A stretch of 64,000 bases of DNA. Source: Cyanobacteriota bacterium. GTDB lineage: Bacteria; Cyanobacteriota; Cyanobacteriia; Thermostichales; Thermostichaceae. A program made the translations under genes and the position numbers. Positions 28,825-39,573 of the stretch are shown in pieces (position 1 is the stretch's first letter; each line of letters starts with the position of its first letter). The stretch covers positions 1 to 64,000 of the forward strand of contig JANRIL010000023.1 in the NCBI GenBank assembly GCA_033764955.1, in the 5' to 3' direction. The notes below the pieces were generated by a model. That model had not been told where the DNA came from. It saw nothing but the letters and a program-made list of their open reading frames with translations, and ran no database searches.

Positions 28825-31245
28825 ATGTTGATGACTACAGCGATCAACAGCAACCATTTCGAGATTGCCCACCAGCCTGATGAGTTGCTGGCAAGGGTCA
28901 TACCGCACAGGGATCCATCCTTATTACTGAGTTTGGCGCGTATTTTAGCCCACGGCTTGCCAATACCCTTGGTGGTTAGTTGGCTTCCCACAGACTCCAG
29001 AACCACGCTTTATCCAGAGGGATTAGTCACCTCCACTGAATTTCAATTAACCTCTGAGGTTATTTCGTGGCATTTGGCTTCATCTCAGGAAATTGCCAGA
29101 GGAGTTGCCATCAGCTATCCCGCCATTGATGGGCACTGTCCGACCTCTGCCTCTATCGGGGGGCAGCCTATTCACGTTCTGATTTCAATTACCTGTTTTA
29201 TCCCTGACGGGGAAAATCATCTGCATCCGCATTACCTGATGGTTGGGGATCCCTCCTCCCGCCATTTCGATAGCCACCAGGTTGCCCTGCTTTGTGAAGT
29301 TCGGGATTTATGGCAGCATCAGATAAACTCCACCCTCTGCGGGGATCATCCCGTACCCATCGGTGATTTAACTGAGCGAGGAAGCTCACCAAGCAATTCC
29401 CTTGCACAAACTAAGCATAGCCTTTCCTCTCAGACCATATTTGAACAGACCGATCATGCCTTTCTTGTTTTGAATCTTGACAATACGATTGATGACCTAA
29501 ATCCAGCTTTTGCCCAGCTATTAGGATATAGCCCATCTCACCTTGTCGGCAAACCCATTCAGGATATTTTGCATTCAGATGATCTGGTCTCTCTGCTTTC
29601 TGAGCAAGCCAACTGTCTAGATAATCAGGCGTTGTCATTTTTTCAGGCAAGACGATTCTTCAACTGGGAACATCGTGTAGTTAATCTATGTTCAAAAATA
29701 ATTTTTTTAACAGCTAATGATCCTGATTTTTTTGAGGCTGGTCATGCTTCTGCTGTTTATAAACTGGGATCCCAACATCAGGCTCAGTCTAAAAAAATAG
29801 GCTACCTAATCCAAGTTTGCGACATCGATCACGAGCAACAAATTAAACAACTCAAGCAAGATCAAGAAGAGCGATTTCGACAAACATTTGAACTGGCTCC
29901 CATTGCTAAGGCGATTACCAACCTGAGTGGATCTTATTTACAAATCAATGCTGCCTTTACTCAAACTTTAGGTTATAGAATTGAAGATCTAGCGGGCAAA
30001 CAAATTACTGATATTACTCATCCAGATGATGTTGTTGCTACCCTAGAGAGAGGGTATAAGCTTCTTGATGACCCCCATAGTTTATGTGAAGAGCTAGAAA
30101 AGCGATATTTGCACAAAGATGGCTCTGTGATCCATGCCATCTTACGCATTACCTTAGTGCGAGACAGCCGGCAAAAACCCGCCTACTTCATGAGCCAGAT
30201 TTTAGATATTAGCCGTCGTAAGCGAGCTGAAGATGCCCTTTTAGCTAGTGAAGCTCGTTTTCGGGCTATCTATGAACAATCAGCCCTAGGCATATCGTTG
30301 GCGGATCCTCAAGGGCATTATCTGCGAACCAATCCAGCTTTTCAAAAAATGGTGGGCTACTCTGAGGAGGAACTATCCACAAAAACATTTATCGAATTGA
30401 CGGATGCAAAAGATATTTCACAGGATCTTCAACTGCACAGTCAGTTATTGTCTGGAAAGTTGGAACATTATCAGATTGAGAAGCAATATGTATGTAAGAG
30501 TGGTCAATTACTTTGGGTGCGCCTAATCGTCTCTGCTCTAAAGGATCCCCAGGGTCGTTTGCAGTGTACCATCGCTATTTCAGAAGACATTTCCCTTCAA
30601 AAACAACAACAAGTTGATCTAGAACTAGCTCTTCATGAAAAAGTAGTGCTTTTACGAGAGATTCATCATCGCGTCAAAAACAATCTGCAAATTATCTCTA
30701 GCCTGCTTCGCCTACAGTCTGACTCCATCAAAAATCCAAAATATTTGAAGGTTTTTCGAGATGCAATTAGCCGTGTGCAAGCTATGTCACTTGTGCATGA
30801 AAAGCTTTATCAATCAAAGGATTTGGGTCAGATCAAGCTTTTGGATTATCTAGAAACTTTGCTAACTAACCTCCTCCAGTCCTATGGAGTTTATCCCGAT
30901 ATCATCCATTTTACTATCGATGTGGGAGATATTTTCTTAAGCATTGATAACTGCATTATTTGTGGATTAATTATCAATGAATTAGTCACTAACTCTCTAA
31001 AACATGCCTTTCCAAGAAGTCGGCATGGAGCTATCTCAGTTCAGTTCCGTCAGGATCAATCTTTCACCTTTCTCACTGTGGCTGATAATGGTCTCGGCAT
31101 TCCTGATCATCTTGATCTCAAAACTACGGAATCGCTAGGATTGCAGTTGGTGGCTGCCCTAACTGACCAGCTTGAAGCTAAGATAGAGATTGATAGCTCA
31201 GGGGGCACCAAGTTTTCCATTACATTTCCGAGGATAGACCATTGA
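28825..31245 (+). CDS. PAS-domain sensor histidine kinase (HisKA_2 type)
   Basis: Three PAS/PAC units; LREIHHRVKNNLQ; HEKLY; INELVTNSLKHAF; DNGLG; SLGLQLV; start approximate. Confidence 0.92.
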   Translation: MLMTTAINSNHFEIAHQPDELLARVIPHRDPSLLLSLARILAHGLPIPLVVSWLPTDSRTTLYPEGLVTSTEFQLTSEVISWHLASSQEIARGVAISYPAIDGHCPTSASIGGQPIHVLISITCFIPDGENHLHPHYLMVGDPSSRHFDSHQVALLCEVRDLWQHQINSTLCGDHPVPIGDLTERGSSPSNSLAQTKHSLSSQTIFEQTDHAFLVLNLDNTIDDLNPAFAQLLGYSPSHLVGKPIQDILHSDDLVSLLSEQANCLDNQALSFFQARRFFNWEHRVVNLCSKIIFLTANDPDFFEAGHASAVYKLGSQHQAQSKKIGYLIQVCDIDHEQQIKQLKQDQEERFRQTFELAPIAKAITNLSGSYLQINAAFTQTLGYRIEDLAGKQITDITHPDDVVATLERGYKLLDDPHSLCEELEKRYLHKDGSVIHAILRITLVRDSRQKPAYFMSQILDISRRKRAEDALLASEARFRAIYEQSALGISLADPQGHYLRTNPAFQKMVGYSEEELSTKTFIELTDAKDISQDLQLHSQLLSGKLEHYQIEKQYVCKSGQLLWVRLIVSALKDPQGRLQCTIAISEDISLQKQQQVDLELALHEKVVLLREIHHRVKNNLQIISSLLRLQSDSIKNPKYLKVFRDAISRVQAMSLVHEKLYQSKDLGQIKLLDYLETLLTNLLQSYGVYPDIIHFTIDVGDIFLSIDNCIICGLIINELVTNSLKHAFPRSRHGAISVQFRQDQSFTFLTVADNGLGIPDHLDLKTTESLGLQLVAALTDQLEAKIEIDSSGGTKFSITFPRIDH

Positions 31246-32270
31246 AAAAACCACACCCGGCCATTAAAGGCAGCATTTTGATTGTAGAAGATGAAAAGAT
31301 CATAGCTAAGGATATTGCAACTGTCCTAAAAAAGTTTGGTTATACGGTTCATCACCTGGTAGGCTCTGGCGATGAAGCCATTAAGAAGCTTGAGGAAGGT
31401 CAGTTTGATTTGGTCTTAATGGATATTGTCCTGAAAGGTGACTTGGATGGCGTAGAAGTTGCTAAGCAAGTTTATGAACGTTTTCATACCCCTGTTGTCT
31501 TTTTGACAGCCTATGCCGATGATGACACTCTTGATCGAGCTAAAGAAACTGAGTTGTTCGGGTATGTCATCAAGCCTTTTCAGGAGAGAGAGCTTTATAC
31601 TGCCATTGAAATTGCTCTCCACAAGCATCGAGTCAACATTGAGAAACAACTGACTGAAGAGAAAAAACTTGAAGACCTCAAGCAAGGGCTGCAAAAACTC
31701 CAACAATTCTCTGATATCAAAGATGTCTTGTTTAAGAAATTCCTTAAGGATTTAAGCGATCCTCTATTTAATCTAAACGTAGCCATTGAGCTGCTAAAGG
31801 ATTCGTCCTCGGCTATTAAACGGGATCATTACATGCGTATTTTGGAGGAGGAATTTGCTAGAGAGGTTGAGTTGATTAACCAAACCTCTAACCTCCAGGA
31901 CTTGTTGAGTGTTGAGAATGTTGAGCTGCTCAGCCAGTTTAGTTTGTTGAGGAAGAAAGTAGAAGCCCCTGACGAAACCGCTTCTCCCGCTTCCCTCTTC
32001 CAGCCTGCTAGTGGATCCCAATCTGGATTGTCTGCTTTGCCTTATGCGGCTAAATCTAATGTCTCTCAGGCTGTTCTAGAGAGACCTGTTTCCAAACGCA
32101 ATATGCGACCCCTCAACCAAACTCAACTCTCTGAACGATTGGGGGTGGTTGTTTCCGCTATTACTTATTGGAAGCAAAAGCCTGGTTTTTCGGAATGGAG
32201 TCGCAGTAAAGATCCAGATGGAGTAACTTGGCGGTACTCTCCTGACTCGAAGCGATTTATTCCAGACTAG
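31242..32270 (+). CDS. Response regulator: REC + His-less DHp-like helix pair + C-terminal HTH-like domain
   Basis: ILIVEDE, LMDIVL, FLTAY, VIKPF; TTG start overlaps the kinase TGA; C-terminus LNQTQLSERLGV...WSRSKDPDGVTWRY. Confidence 0.85.
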   Translation: MKKPHPAIKGSILIVEDEKIIAKDIATVLKKFGYTVHHLVGSGDEAIKKLEEGQFDLVLMDIVLKGDLDGVEVAKQVYERFHTPVVFLTAYADDDTLDRAKETELFGYVIKPFQERELYTAIEIALHKHRVNIEKQLTEEKKLEDLKQGLQKLQQFSDIKDVLFKKFLKDLSDPLFNLNVAIELLKDSSSAIKRDHYMRILEEEFAREVELINQTSNLQDLLSVENVELLSQFSLLRKKVEAPDETASPASLFQPASGSQSGLSALPYAAKSNVSQAVLERPVSKRNMRPLNQTQLSERLGVVVSAITYWKQKPGFSEWSRSKDPDGVTWRYSPDSKRFIPD

Positions 32271-32444
32271 AGTTGTTTTGAGTGCCAGCTCTTAATGAGT
32301 CAATAGACTGGGGAGATTTTATCGGGAGCGGGAACGAATCACAAAGACTTTCGTCAGCACTCGGGATGTCCTGTCGATGGTGATAGCTATTGCAGCCGTT
32401 CTAGATAGGGCAAACCTCTCTAAATAGAAAGCGAGCCATCAACC

Positions 32445-34193
32445 CTACACCGACTGGGTAGGATGACCGGTTTTGCGATGTAGAACGGCAGTGCGACCGT
32501 TGGTATCGATCACCTGCCCCTGTTGGGTTGTGGCATAAATCACCCAATGATCCCCACAGTCGAGGCGACTCACCACCTGACACTCCAAATAAGCCAATGC
32601 GTCCTGCAAAATAGGTGCTCCATTGCTGGCAACCCGAACCTCCAATCCAGCAAAGCGATCTTCTCCGGGCGCAAAGGTTTTGAGAAAGTGTTTACGGATC
32701 TGTTTGCCCTCTTGCAGGATGTTGATCACAAAGGGATCCCCAGTGTGGAGGAGAGATTCAATCGGCTGGTCTTTGGCAATCGCCACCGTAAAGCCGGGGG
32801 GATTAAACGTGGCTTGAGCCACCCAGGAGGTGAGCAGGGCGCTAGAAACTTCCCCCTGTTTGGCCGTGACCACACAAAGGGATCCGATCACCCGCCCCAG
32901 GGCTTGTTGAGCGGCGCTTCCGGTTTGGCTGGTTGTTTTGGCCAGCACGGGTTGGCGTTGCTTGTGGGTGCGTTTCAGTTCTTGAGCAAACTGTATGCCC
33001 GATTCTTCACACAGTTGGAGGGTGGTCTCGGTGGGCTTAAACTTGACGCGGATGGGTTCAAAGCCGAAGCGAAAACCAGCTTCCCGCAGTTTATCAGCGA
33101 GCAGATCAATCGCTTCCCCACTCCAACCAAAGGAGCCAAACACCCCCACGGTTTGTCCACGGCTGGCGTTGGAGAGGAGAATACCAAAGGCGGTCTGAAT
33201 TTGGGTGGGGACATGCCCTCCCAGGGTCGGGGATCCGATGATCACCCCATCACAGGTTTCGATGGCGGTTTTGACCTCGCTGGGTTCGGCAGACTCACAG
33301 TTGATCAGTTCTACCCCTACCCCTGCCTTGGTGATGCCCCGCCCGATAGCTTGCCCCAGGGTAGCGGTGTTGCCGTAGGCGGAGGCATAGAGGAGCGCCA
33401 CCTTGAGGCTCTGCACCCGTTGCTCTTGGCTCCACTGTTGATAGAGGTAAGTCAACTCCCGCAAGCCATCCCGCACCATCGGCCCGTGATTGGGAGCATA
33501 AAATTCCACCTGCAAGGGGGCGATCCGCTCCAGGGCAGCTTCCACCTGACGGGGTTGCGTCGCCATCAAACAGTCATAATAAAAGCGCCGATCCTCCAAA
33601 AACACCGACCAGCCCTCATCAAACACTTGATCCCCACAGACATGGCAGCCAAACCATTTATCGGTAAAGAGGATTTGCGTTTTGGGGTCGTAGGTGCAGA
33701 GCAGATCCGGCCAGCGGGGGCTAGGGGTGGGCAGGAACTTGAGGGCGTGGCCTTGTCCCAGATCGAGGGTTTCTTCTCCCCGCACAATCGAGATGGGCAG
33801 ATCATAATCGGGGAGAGCCGCTTTTAGGGCAACCGCCGCCGGATTGGAGCAGATAATTGTTACTTGATGAGTAATTTCTAGGAGGGCTTGCAGGGTCGCC
33901 ATCCGGTTGGGGTTGATGTGAGCCAGGATCAGATAGTCCAGTTGCCGCACATTCACTCGTGCCAATAGCGATTCCAGATAAATGCCCGTAAAGGTCTCAC
34001 CGGGAGGATCGATCAGGGCGGTTTTGTCTCCCTGAATCCAATAGGAATTGGCGGTGGTGCCCCGCTGCAAGCCATACTCCATCTCAAACCGGAGACGGTT
34101 CCAACTGCGGGAGCGAAAGACGGTGGTTTGTTTGGCTATAGGAAAAACCTGAACATCGCGGGGCTTGCTTGGGGTGAGAAGGGAGTTAACCAT
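32445..34193 (-). CDS. Class C flavodiiron protein (Flv1/Flv2-like, non-canonical diiron ligands)
   Basis: RGTTANSY, LIDPPG, AHINPNR, PNHGP, flavodoxin YASAYGNT, GSFGWSGEA, flavin-reductase GDHW; ATG taken at 34193. Confidence 0.9.
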   Translation of the reverse strand: MVNSLLTPSKPRDVQVFPIAKQTTVFRSRSWNRLRFEMEYGLQRGTTANSYWIQGDKTALIDPPGETFTGIYLESLLARVNVRQLDYLILAHINPNRMATLQALLEITHQVTIICSNPAAVALKAALPDYDLPISIVRGEETLDLGQGHALKFLPTPSPRWPDLLCTYDPKTQILFTDKWFGCHVCGDQVFDEGWSVFLEDRRFYYDCLMATQPRQVEAALERIAPLQVEFYAPNHGPMVRDGLRELTYLYQQWSQEQRVQSLKVALLYASAYGNTATLGQAIGRGITKAGVGVELINCESAEPSEVKTAIETCDGVIIGSPTLGGHVPTQIQTAFGILLSNASRGQTVGVFGSFGWSGEAIDLLADKLREAGFRFGFEPIRVKFKPTETTLQLCEESGIQFAQELKRTHKQRQPVLAKTTSQTGSAAQQALGRVIGSLCVVTAKQGEVSSALLTSWVAQATFNPPGFTVAIAKDQPIESLLHTGDPFVINILQEGKQIRKHFLKTFAPGEDRFAGLEVRVASNGAPILQDALAYLECQVVSRLDCGDHWVIYATTQQGQVIDTNGRTAVLHRKTGHPTQSV

Positions 34194-34297
34194 AAAAGTA
34201 GGGATCCGCTCAAACCAAGCAGATGATGAGGGTGGACTGCACACAGTCAGTATCCCGAAGGGATACCCTTGCATTCTAATCCGGCTTTGGTCACGGC

Positions 34298-36418
34298 CTA
34301 GCTGAGGGGAAGGGGCAACACCTGCACGGCACAGGCTTTTAATTCGGGCTGGTGGGAAATCGGATCGTCGATGGGATGAGTGAGGGTGTTGGCTTCCGAT
34401 TGCTCCGCCCAAAGGGATCCCCAGTGCATAGGCACAAACACAGTCCCTGGAGCAATGGCACGGGTGATCTCAGCCAGAAAGTGGGCACTGCCCCGCCGCG
34501 AACGCACTTCCACCCAGGTTTGGTTACGGATGCCCAGATGGTCAGCATCACGGGGATGAATTTCCAGAAAGGGCTGCGGGTACATCTGGCGAATTTTGGG
34601 GATGCGACCTGTGCGAGTTTGGGTATGCCAATGTCCATAGACACGACCCGTGGTTAAGACGTAGGGATAGTGGGGATCGGGGGGTTCGGCGAGACCACGG
34701 GAGTGATAGGGGACAAAATTGGCTCGCCCACTGGGGGTATGAAAGTGAAAGTCAGTGTAGAGGCGGGGCTGGGGTTGATTGAGGGATCCCGCCGATCCGT
34801 CTGGGCACGGCCATTGTAACGGGCCTTCCTGGGCGAGCCGCTTGTAGCTAATCCCTGACATATCACAGGGGCGACCACGGGTGAGCTGCACGAATTCCTG
34901 ATGGATCTCTGCTGCCTGTTGATAAGGAAATTGTTCGGCAAATCCCAGCCGTTTTCCTACTTCTGCAAAAATTTGCCAATCAGGGAGGGCTTCGCCACGG
35001 GGAGTCTGAAAGGCCTCGCAGAGGGTGACGCGCCGTTCGGAATTGGTCATCGTGCCTGTTTTTTCACTCCACTGGCAGGCGGGCAAGAGGAGGTGGGCAT
35101 AGCGAGCCGTTTCGGTGGGAAAGTAGGCGTCTTGATAAATCGTAAAGGGGGAGAGGAGCAAGGCTTTTTTCACCCGTTCCAAATCCGGCAGACTGACCAG
35201 CGGATTAGTGGCGGCAATCCAAAATAGCTGAAGGGATCCCGATTCCAGCCCTTCGATCATCTGCCAGGTGGTTCGCCCCATCTGCGGGGCAATCCGTCCC
35301 GCCGGGATCCCCCAAAACGCCTCCACTTCGCGGCGGTGTTGCGGATTGCTGACGGAACGGTAGCCGGGGAGGAGATGGCTCAGCCCGCCCGCCTCCCGTC
35401 CGCCCATCGCATTGGGTTGTCCGGTTAAGGAAAATGGCCCACACCCAGGTTTCCCAATCTGCCCCGTCAGCAGATGTAGGTTGATCAGGCTAGAAACTTT
35501 GGCGGATCCCTCCTGAGACTGGTTAAGTCCCATCGACCATAGAGAAAGAATATGTTTGGACTCTTGCCAGTAGCGGGCGGCCTGCATCAGATCGGCGATC
35601 GGGATCCCGCAATGGTCAGCGACTTTTTCGGGGGGGTAGTGGCTGAGTAGAGCCGTATAGCTAGGGAAATGCTGAGTACATTCGTCAATAAATTCGGGAT
35701 CCAGTTCTCCCCATTTCAACAAAAGATGTCCAATGCCGTTCAATAAATCAATATCGCTGCCGGGACGAATCGCTAAATGCAAATCACACCCCTCAGCGGT
35801 GGCGGTTTTGCGGGGATCCACCACGATCAACTTGAGGGGGCTGCCTAATTTGTGGCGTTTTTTGAGGCGATTAAAGAGAATGGGGTGGCATTCGGCGGTA
35901 TTGCTACCAATTAAAAAAGCACAATCAGTGATATCCAAATCGTCATAACAACAGGGGGGACCATCCGCTCCTAAAGACTGCACATATCCAGCAATCGCGG
36001 AAGACATACACAGACGTGAATTGGCATCAAAATTATTGGTTCCTAAACAACCCTTGAGCAGTTTTTGAGCCAGATAATATTCTTCACTCAAAAACTGGCC
36101 AGATCCATACATAGCGATGGCATCGGGTGTTGATTGCAGGGCACAAATTCGCTCCGTTATGTGGGCAAAAGCTTCCTCCCAACTAATTCGTTCAAACTCA
36201 TCGGTTAGAGACTGACGAAACAGAGGATACAACAACCGATCCTGATCCACCGACTCCAAAATGGTTGCTCCTTTCACACACACCATGCCGTGGCTGGAAG
36301 GATGGCGGCGATCCCCGCGAATTTTCCAACGGGATCCCTGGGCATGATGGGTTGGGATCGCTTCTAAACCACAGCCCACCCCACAATAGGGGCAAAGGGT
36401 TCTTACACTGTCTGTCAT
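34298..36418 (-). CDS. narB: Ferredoxin-nitrate reductase
   Basis: [53 protein letters not shown]. Confidence 0.96.
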   Translation of the reverse strand: MTDSVRTLCPYCGVGCGLEAIPTHHAQGSRWKIRGDRRHPSSHGMVCVKGATILESVDQDRLLYPLFRQSLTDEFERISWEEAFAHITERICALQSTPDAIAMYGSGQFLSEEYYLAQKLLKGCLGTNNFDANSRLCMSSAIAGYVQSLGADGPPCCYDDLDITDCAFLIGSNTAECHPILFNRLKKRHKLGSPLKLIVVDPRKTATAEGCDLHLAIRPGSDIDLLNGIGHLLLKWGELDPEFIDECTQHFPSYTALLSHYPPEKVADHCGIPIADLMQAARYWQESKHILSLWSMGLNQSQEGSAKVSSLINLHLLTGQIGKPGCGPFSLTGQPNAMGGREAGGLSHLLPGYRSVSNPQHRREVEAFWGIPAGRIAPQMGRTTWQMIEGLESGSLQLFWIAATNPLVSLPDLERVKKALLLSPFTIYQDAYFPTETARYAHLLLPACQWSEKTGTMTNSERRVTLCEAFQTPRGEALPDWQIFAEVGKRLGFAEQFPYQQAAEIHQEFVQLTRGRPCDMSGISYKRLAQEGPLQWPCPDGSAGSLNQPQPRLYTDFHFHTPSGRANFVPYHSRGLAEPPDPHYPYVLTTGRVYGHWHTQTRTGRIPKIRQMYPQPFLEIHPRDADHLGIRNQTWVEVRSRRGSAHFLAEITRAIAPGTVFVPMHWGSLWAEQSEANTLTHPIDDPISHQPELKACAVQVLPLPLS

Positions 36419-36569
36419 ATCCGCTCGCCTGTGTCCTCAGAAAAAGGGATCCCTTTTTCCGTTCCTAAATGGGATAAAACTGCTAGTTTCTGGTGTTTTT
36501 TCTGGAGTGTTTTTTAGTCACTATCAGTCACGATGGTGCCAAAAAAATAATTAATGAATGGCTGATCAC

Positions 36570-37388
36570 TCATTCGTGGTGGCTGAAGCGCCGATAGAGA
36601 AAATCAAGAGCATAATTCCGCAGTTCATAATATTCGGGGGTTTCCAAAATTTGGGTGCGTTGGCGGGGTCGTGCAAAAGGGATCTCTAGGATTTCACCAA
36701 TTTTGGCGGCAGGTCCATTGGTCATCATGACCAGCCGATCCGCCAGAAAAAGAGCCTCATCAATATCATGGGTAATCATCAAAATTGTGCAGCGATGATC
36801 CCGCCAAATTTTTAACAATTCTTCCTGCAATTCCTCTTTGGTGATAGCATCTAGCGCCCCAAACGGTTCATCCAATAGCAACACCTGCGGACGAATCGCC
36901 AAAGCGCGAGCAATGGCTACCCGTTGTTTCATACCCCCCGATAACTGGTGAGGACGTTTGTGGGCGGCTTCGCTCAGCCCCACCATCTCCAGGTGCTCTT
37001 TCACAATCGAGCGCCGTTCCAGTATGGACTTTTCCGAGAAAACCTGACTGACCACCAATTCCACATTTTCAAAAGCGGTCAACCAGGGCAGGAGGGCATA
37101 GTTTTGAAAGACCATCATCCGATCTGGCCCCGGTTCGCTAATCGGTTGATCGTTCAAGAGAATGGTTCCACTACTGGGGGTGGAAAAGCCTGCCACCATG
37201 TTCAAGAGGGTGGACTTGCCACAGCCGGAGTGACCGATCATGCAGATCAGTTCTCCCGCCTTCACCGAGAGATTGATGGGATCCAACACCCGCAGATCCC
37301 CGTAGGATTTGGTAACCGATTGAATGTCTAGCAAAGGTTTCACCGACGGATTGGATAAACGAGCCGGAGGGGAAGCGGAGATCAGCAT
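36570..37388 (-). CDS. nrtD: Nitrate ABC transporter ATPase
   Basis: GHSGCGKST, LSGGMKQRV, LDEPFGALDAITKEELQ; position in the operon; ATG taken at 37388. Confidence 0.93.
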   Translation of the reverse strand: MLISASPPARLSNPSVKPLLDIQSVTKSYGDLRVLDPINLSVKAGELICMIGHSGCGKSTLLNMVAGFSTPSSGTILLNDQPISEPGPDRMMVFQNYALLPWLTAFENVELVVSQVFSEKSILERRSIVKEHLEMVGLSEAAHKRPHQLSGGMKQRVAIARALAIRPQVLLLDEPFGALDAITKEELQEELLKIWRDHRCTILMITHDIDEALFLADRLVMMTNGPAAKIGEILEIPFARPRQRTQILETPEYYELRNYALDFLYRRFSHHE

Positions 37389-37438
37389 AAGCACCGTTGG
37401 GGGGAGATGGATAGGGGGGACAGAAAGCAAAAGGATCC

Positions 37439-39457
37439 CTAGCTGGGCAGGGCGGCTATGGGATCCATCACCACTTCGGCGATACGAATGTCAAGAGAAA
37501 AGGGCAACGATTGCAGATAGGCTAAGGGATCCTGTCCGTCAAAGCTGGAGCCATCCCCAAAAAGGAGCGCCCCCCGATCGTGCGCCCGATCCGGCAATCC
37601 CAAGTCATGGGCGGCCACCCCATAAACATCTGCCCGCACCACCCGCTCCAGCACCTCCTGCCAATTGCGCGGAAAGGGCGTGATCTGCCAGCGCACCAAT
37701 TGGGTGAGAATCCAAAGGTTTTCCAGGATTTCAGGACAACTATTCCGCCCATTGGCAAACTGGTTAAAGGTCAATACCTGCGGACTGTCCTGCCGCAAGC
37801 TAGGGTAAGGATCCACAAAACCAGGACGGACGTAAAGCGGGTCGGCATTCAGATAGTCAGGACGACAGAGCAGCTCCAGAATTTCTTCCCGATGGTGCGG
37901 CTGATCGCAGTAGTGGCAGGCTTCCAGCAAGGCTTTCACCAACGCCACATGGGTACGGGGATAACGGCTGGCCCATTCTTCCCTTACCCCCAAGACTTTC
38001 TCGATATGACTGGGCAAAATTTCGGGGGTGGTGGTGATCACAAACCCCATCTGATCCAGAACGGCACGTGAATTCCAGGGTTCTCCCACACAATAGCCAT
38101 CCAGATTTCCGGCCTTCAAGTTAGCCACCATTTGGGGAGGAGGAATCACCGTTAAGCTGACATCTTGATCGGGATGAATGCCCCCTCCCGCCAACCAGTG
38201 GCGCAGCAGCAGGTTGTGCATCGAGCCCACATGCACCATCCCCAAGGTAGGCACTTTGTCAGGGGTCTGATGGATAAACTGCCGCAGATCCGCCAGCGTT
38301 TTTACCCCCCGTTCCGCCAGTCGGTTGCTGAGGGTGATTGCGTTGCCGTTACGGGAGAGGGTGAGGGCGGTGACAACATTGACCAGGGATCCCCCCCAGC
38401 CCAGGGTGAGCGCTAGAGGCATCCCCGCCACCATCTGTGCAGCATCCAGGCGTCCAGTCAGGATCCCGTCGGCAATTCCCTTCCAACTGGTTTCACGGCT
38501 AAGGGTAACTTGATCCAATCCATATTTGGCAAACAGCCCCTTTTCCTTAGCCACAATCAGCGGGGCACAGTCGGTGAGGGGAATAAACCCCAACTCCACA
38601 TTCACTTTTTCCAGACCATGTCCGGTCACCACCGCCGGAGCCACCCATTTGCGCCGCTTTAACTGCTTCTGTTGGTTGAGGAAATAGATCATTTCTCCCC
38701 GCAGGCTGTAGTAGCTGGGATGATTGACCACCTCCAGCCGTTGGCGGGGTCGTGGAAAAGGAACCGTTAAGATCTGACCGATATGCGCTTCTGGGCCATT
38801 GGTCAGCATGACAATCCGATCCGATAGCAAAAGGGCTTCATCCACATCGTGGGTGACCATGACGCCGGTGATCTGGCTAGCTTGGCAAATCTGCATCAAC
38901 TGTTCCTGCAAATTGCCCCGTGTTAGCGCATCCAGAGCGCCAAAAGGTTCATCAAGCAGCAGTAGCTTGGGACGGGTCGCCAAAGCACGGGCAATCGCCA
39001 CCCGTTGCTTCATCCCTCCCGATAGGTGAGCCGGACGTTTGTCAGCCGCCGCCTGTAGCCCCACCAGCCGAATATGCTCCTCCACAATCTGAGCGCGCTG
39101 CTCAACTGACTCCTGTTGTAGGACTTCATCTACAGCCAAAGCGATGTTTTCCCTCACCGTTAACCAAGGGAGGAGGGAATAGTTTTGAAAAATCACCATC
39201 CGATCTGGTCCGGGATCGGTCACCTGCCGCCCTTCTAAAATAATGCCTCCGCAGGAGGGCTGATCCAACCCAGCAATTAGATTGAGGAGCGTAGATTTGC
39301 CACAGCCAGAATGACCAATCAGTGAGATAAATTCGCCTTTGTGAATCTTCAGATGGATATTTTTGAGAGCTGTATAAAAACTCCCATCCGCTGAGGGAAA
39401 TACCCGATCAACATGATCCACTTCCAGATAAGGGCGGGATAGCAAAGTAGTGCTCAT
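37439..39457 (-). CDS. nrtC: Nitrate ABC transporter ATPase with C-terminal NrtA-like regulatory domain
   Basis: ABC domain plus GFIPLTDCAPL...CVGEPW domain. Confidence 0.94.
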   Translation of the reverse strand: MSTTLLSRPYLEVDHVDRVFPSADGSFYTALKNIHLKIHKGEFISLIGHSGCGKSTLLNLIAGLDQPSCGGIILEGRQVTDPGPDRMVIFQNYSLLPWLTVRENIALAVDEVLQQESVEQRAQIVEEHIRLVGLQAAADKRPAHLSGGMKQRVAIARALATRPKLLLLDEPFGALDALTRGNLQEQLMQICQASQITGVMVTHDVDEALLLSDRIVMLTNGPEAHIGQILTVPFPRPRQRLEVVNHPSYYSLRGEMIYFLNQQKQLKRRKWVAPAVVTGHGLEKVNVELGFIPLTDCAPLIVAKEKGLFAKYGLDQVTLSRETSWKGIADGILTGRLDAAQMVAGMPLALTLGWGGSLVNVVTALTLSRNGNAITLSNRLAERGVKTLADLRQFIHQTPDKVPTLGMVHVGSMHNLLLRHWLAGGGIHPDQDVSLTVIPPPQMVANLKAGNLDGYCVGEPWNSRAVLDQMGFVITTTPEILPSHIEKVLGVREEWASRYPRTHVALVKALLEACHYCDQPHHREEILELLCRPDYLNADPLYVRPGFVDPYPSLRQDSPQVLTFNQFANGRNSCPEILENLWILTQLVRWQITPFPRNWQEVLERVVRADVYGVAAHDLGLPDRAHDRGALLFGDGSSFDGQDPLAYLQSLPFSLDIRIAEVVMDPIAALPS

Positions 39458-39573
39458 AAGGGCAAAAGAATGGGTTTGAATCTAGAAACACACAGCCTGA
39501 GATAGCCAATTTGGAGACAGCTTGGCATGAGTAGAATCAACATCTGAGGGATAGGCTACCGCGACATCTGGCG

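Noticed and set aside
32523..33827. 434-aa ORF on the + strand
   Set aside because: Antisense shadow of the flavodiiron gene with no recognisable motifs
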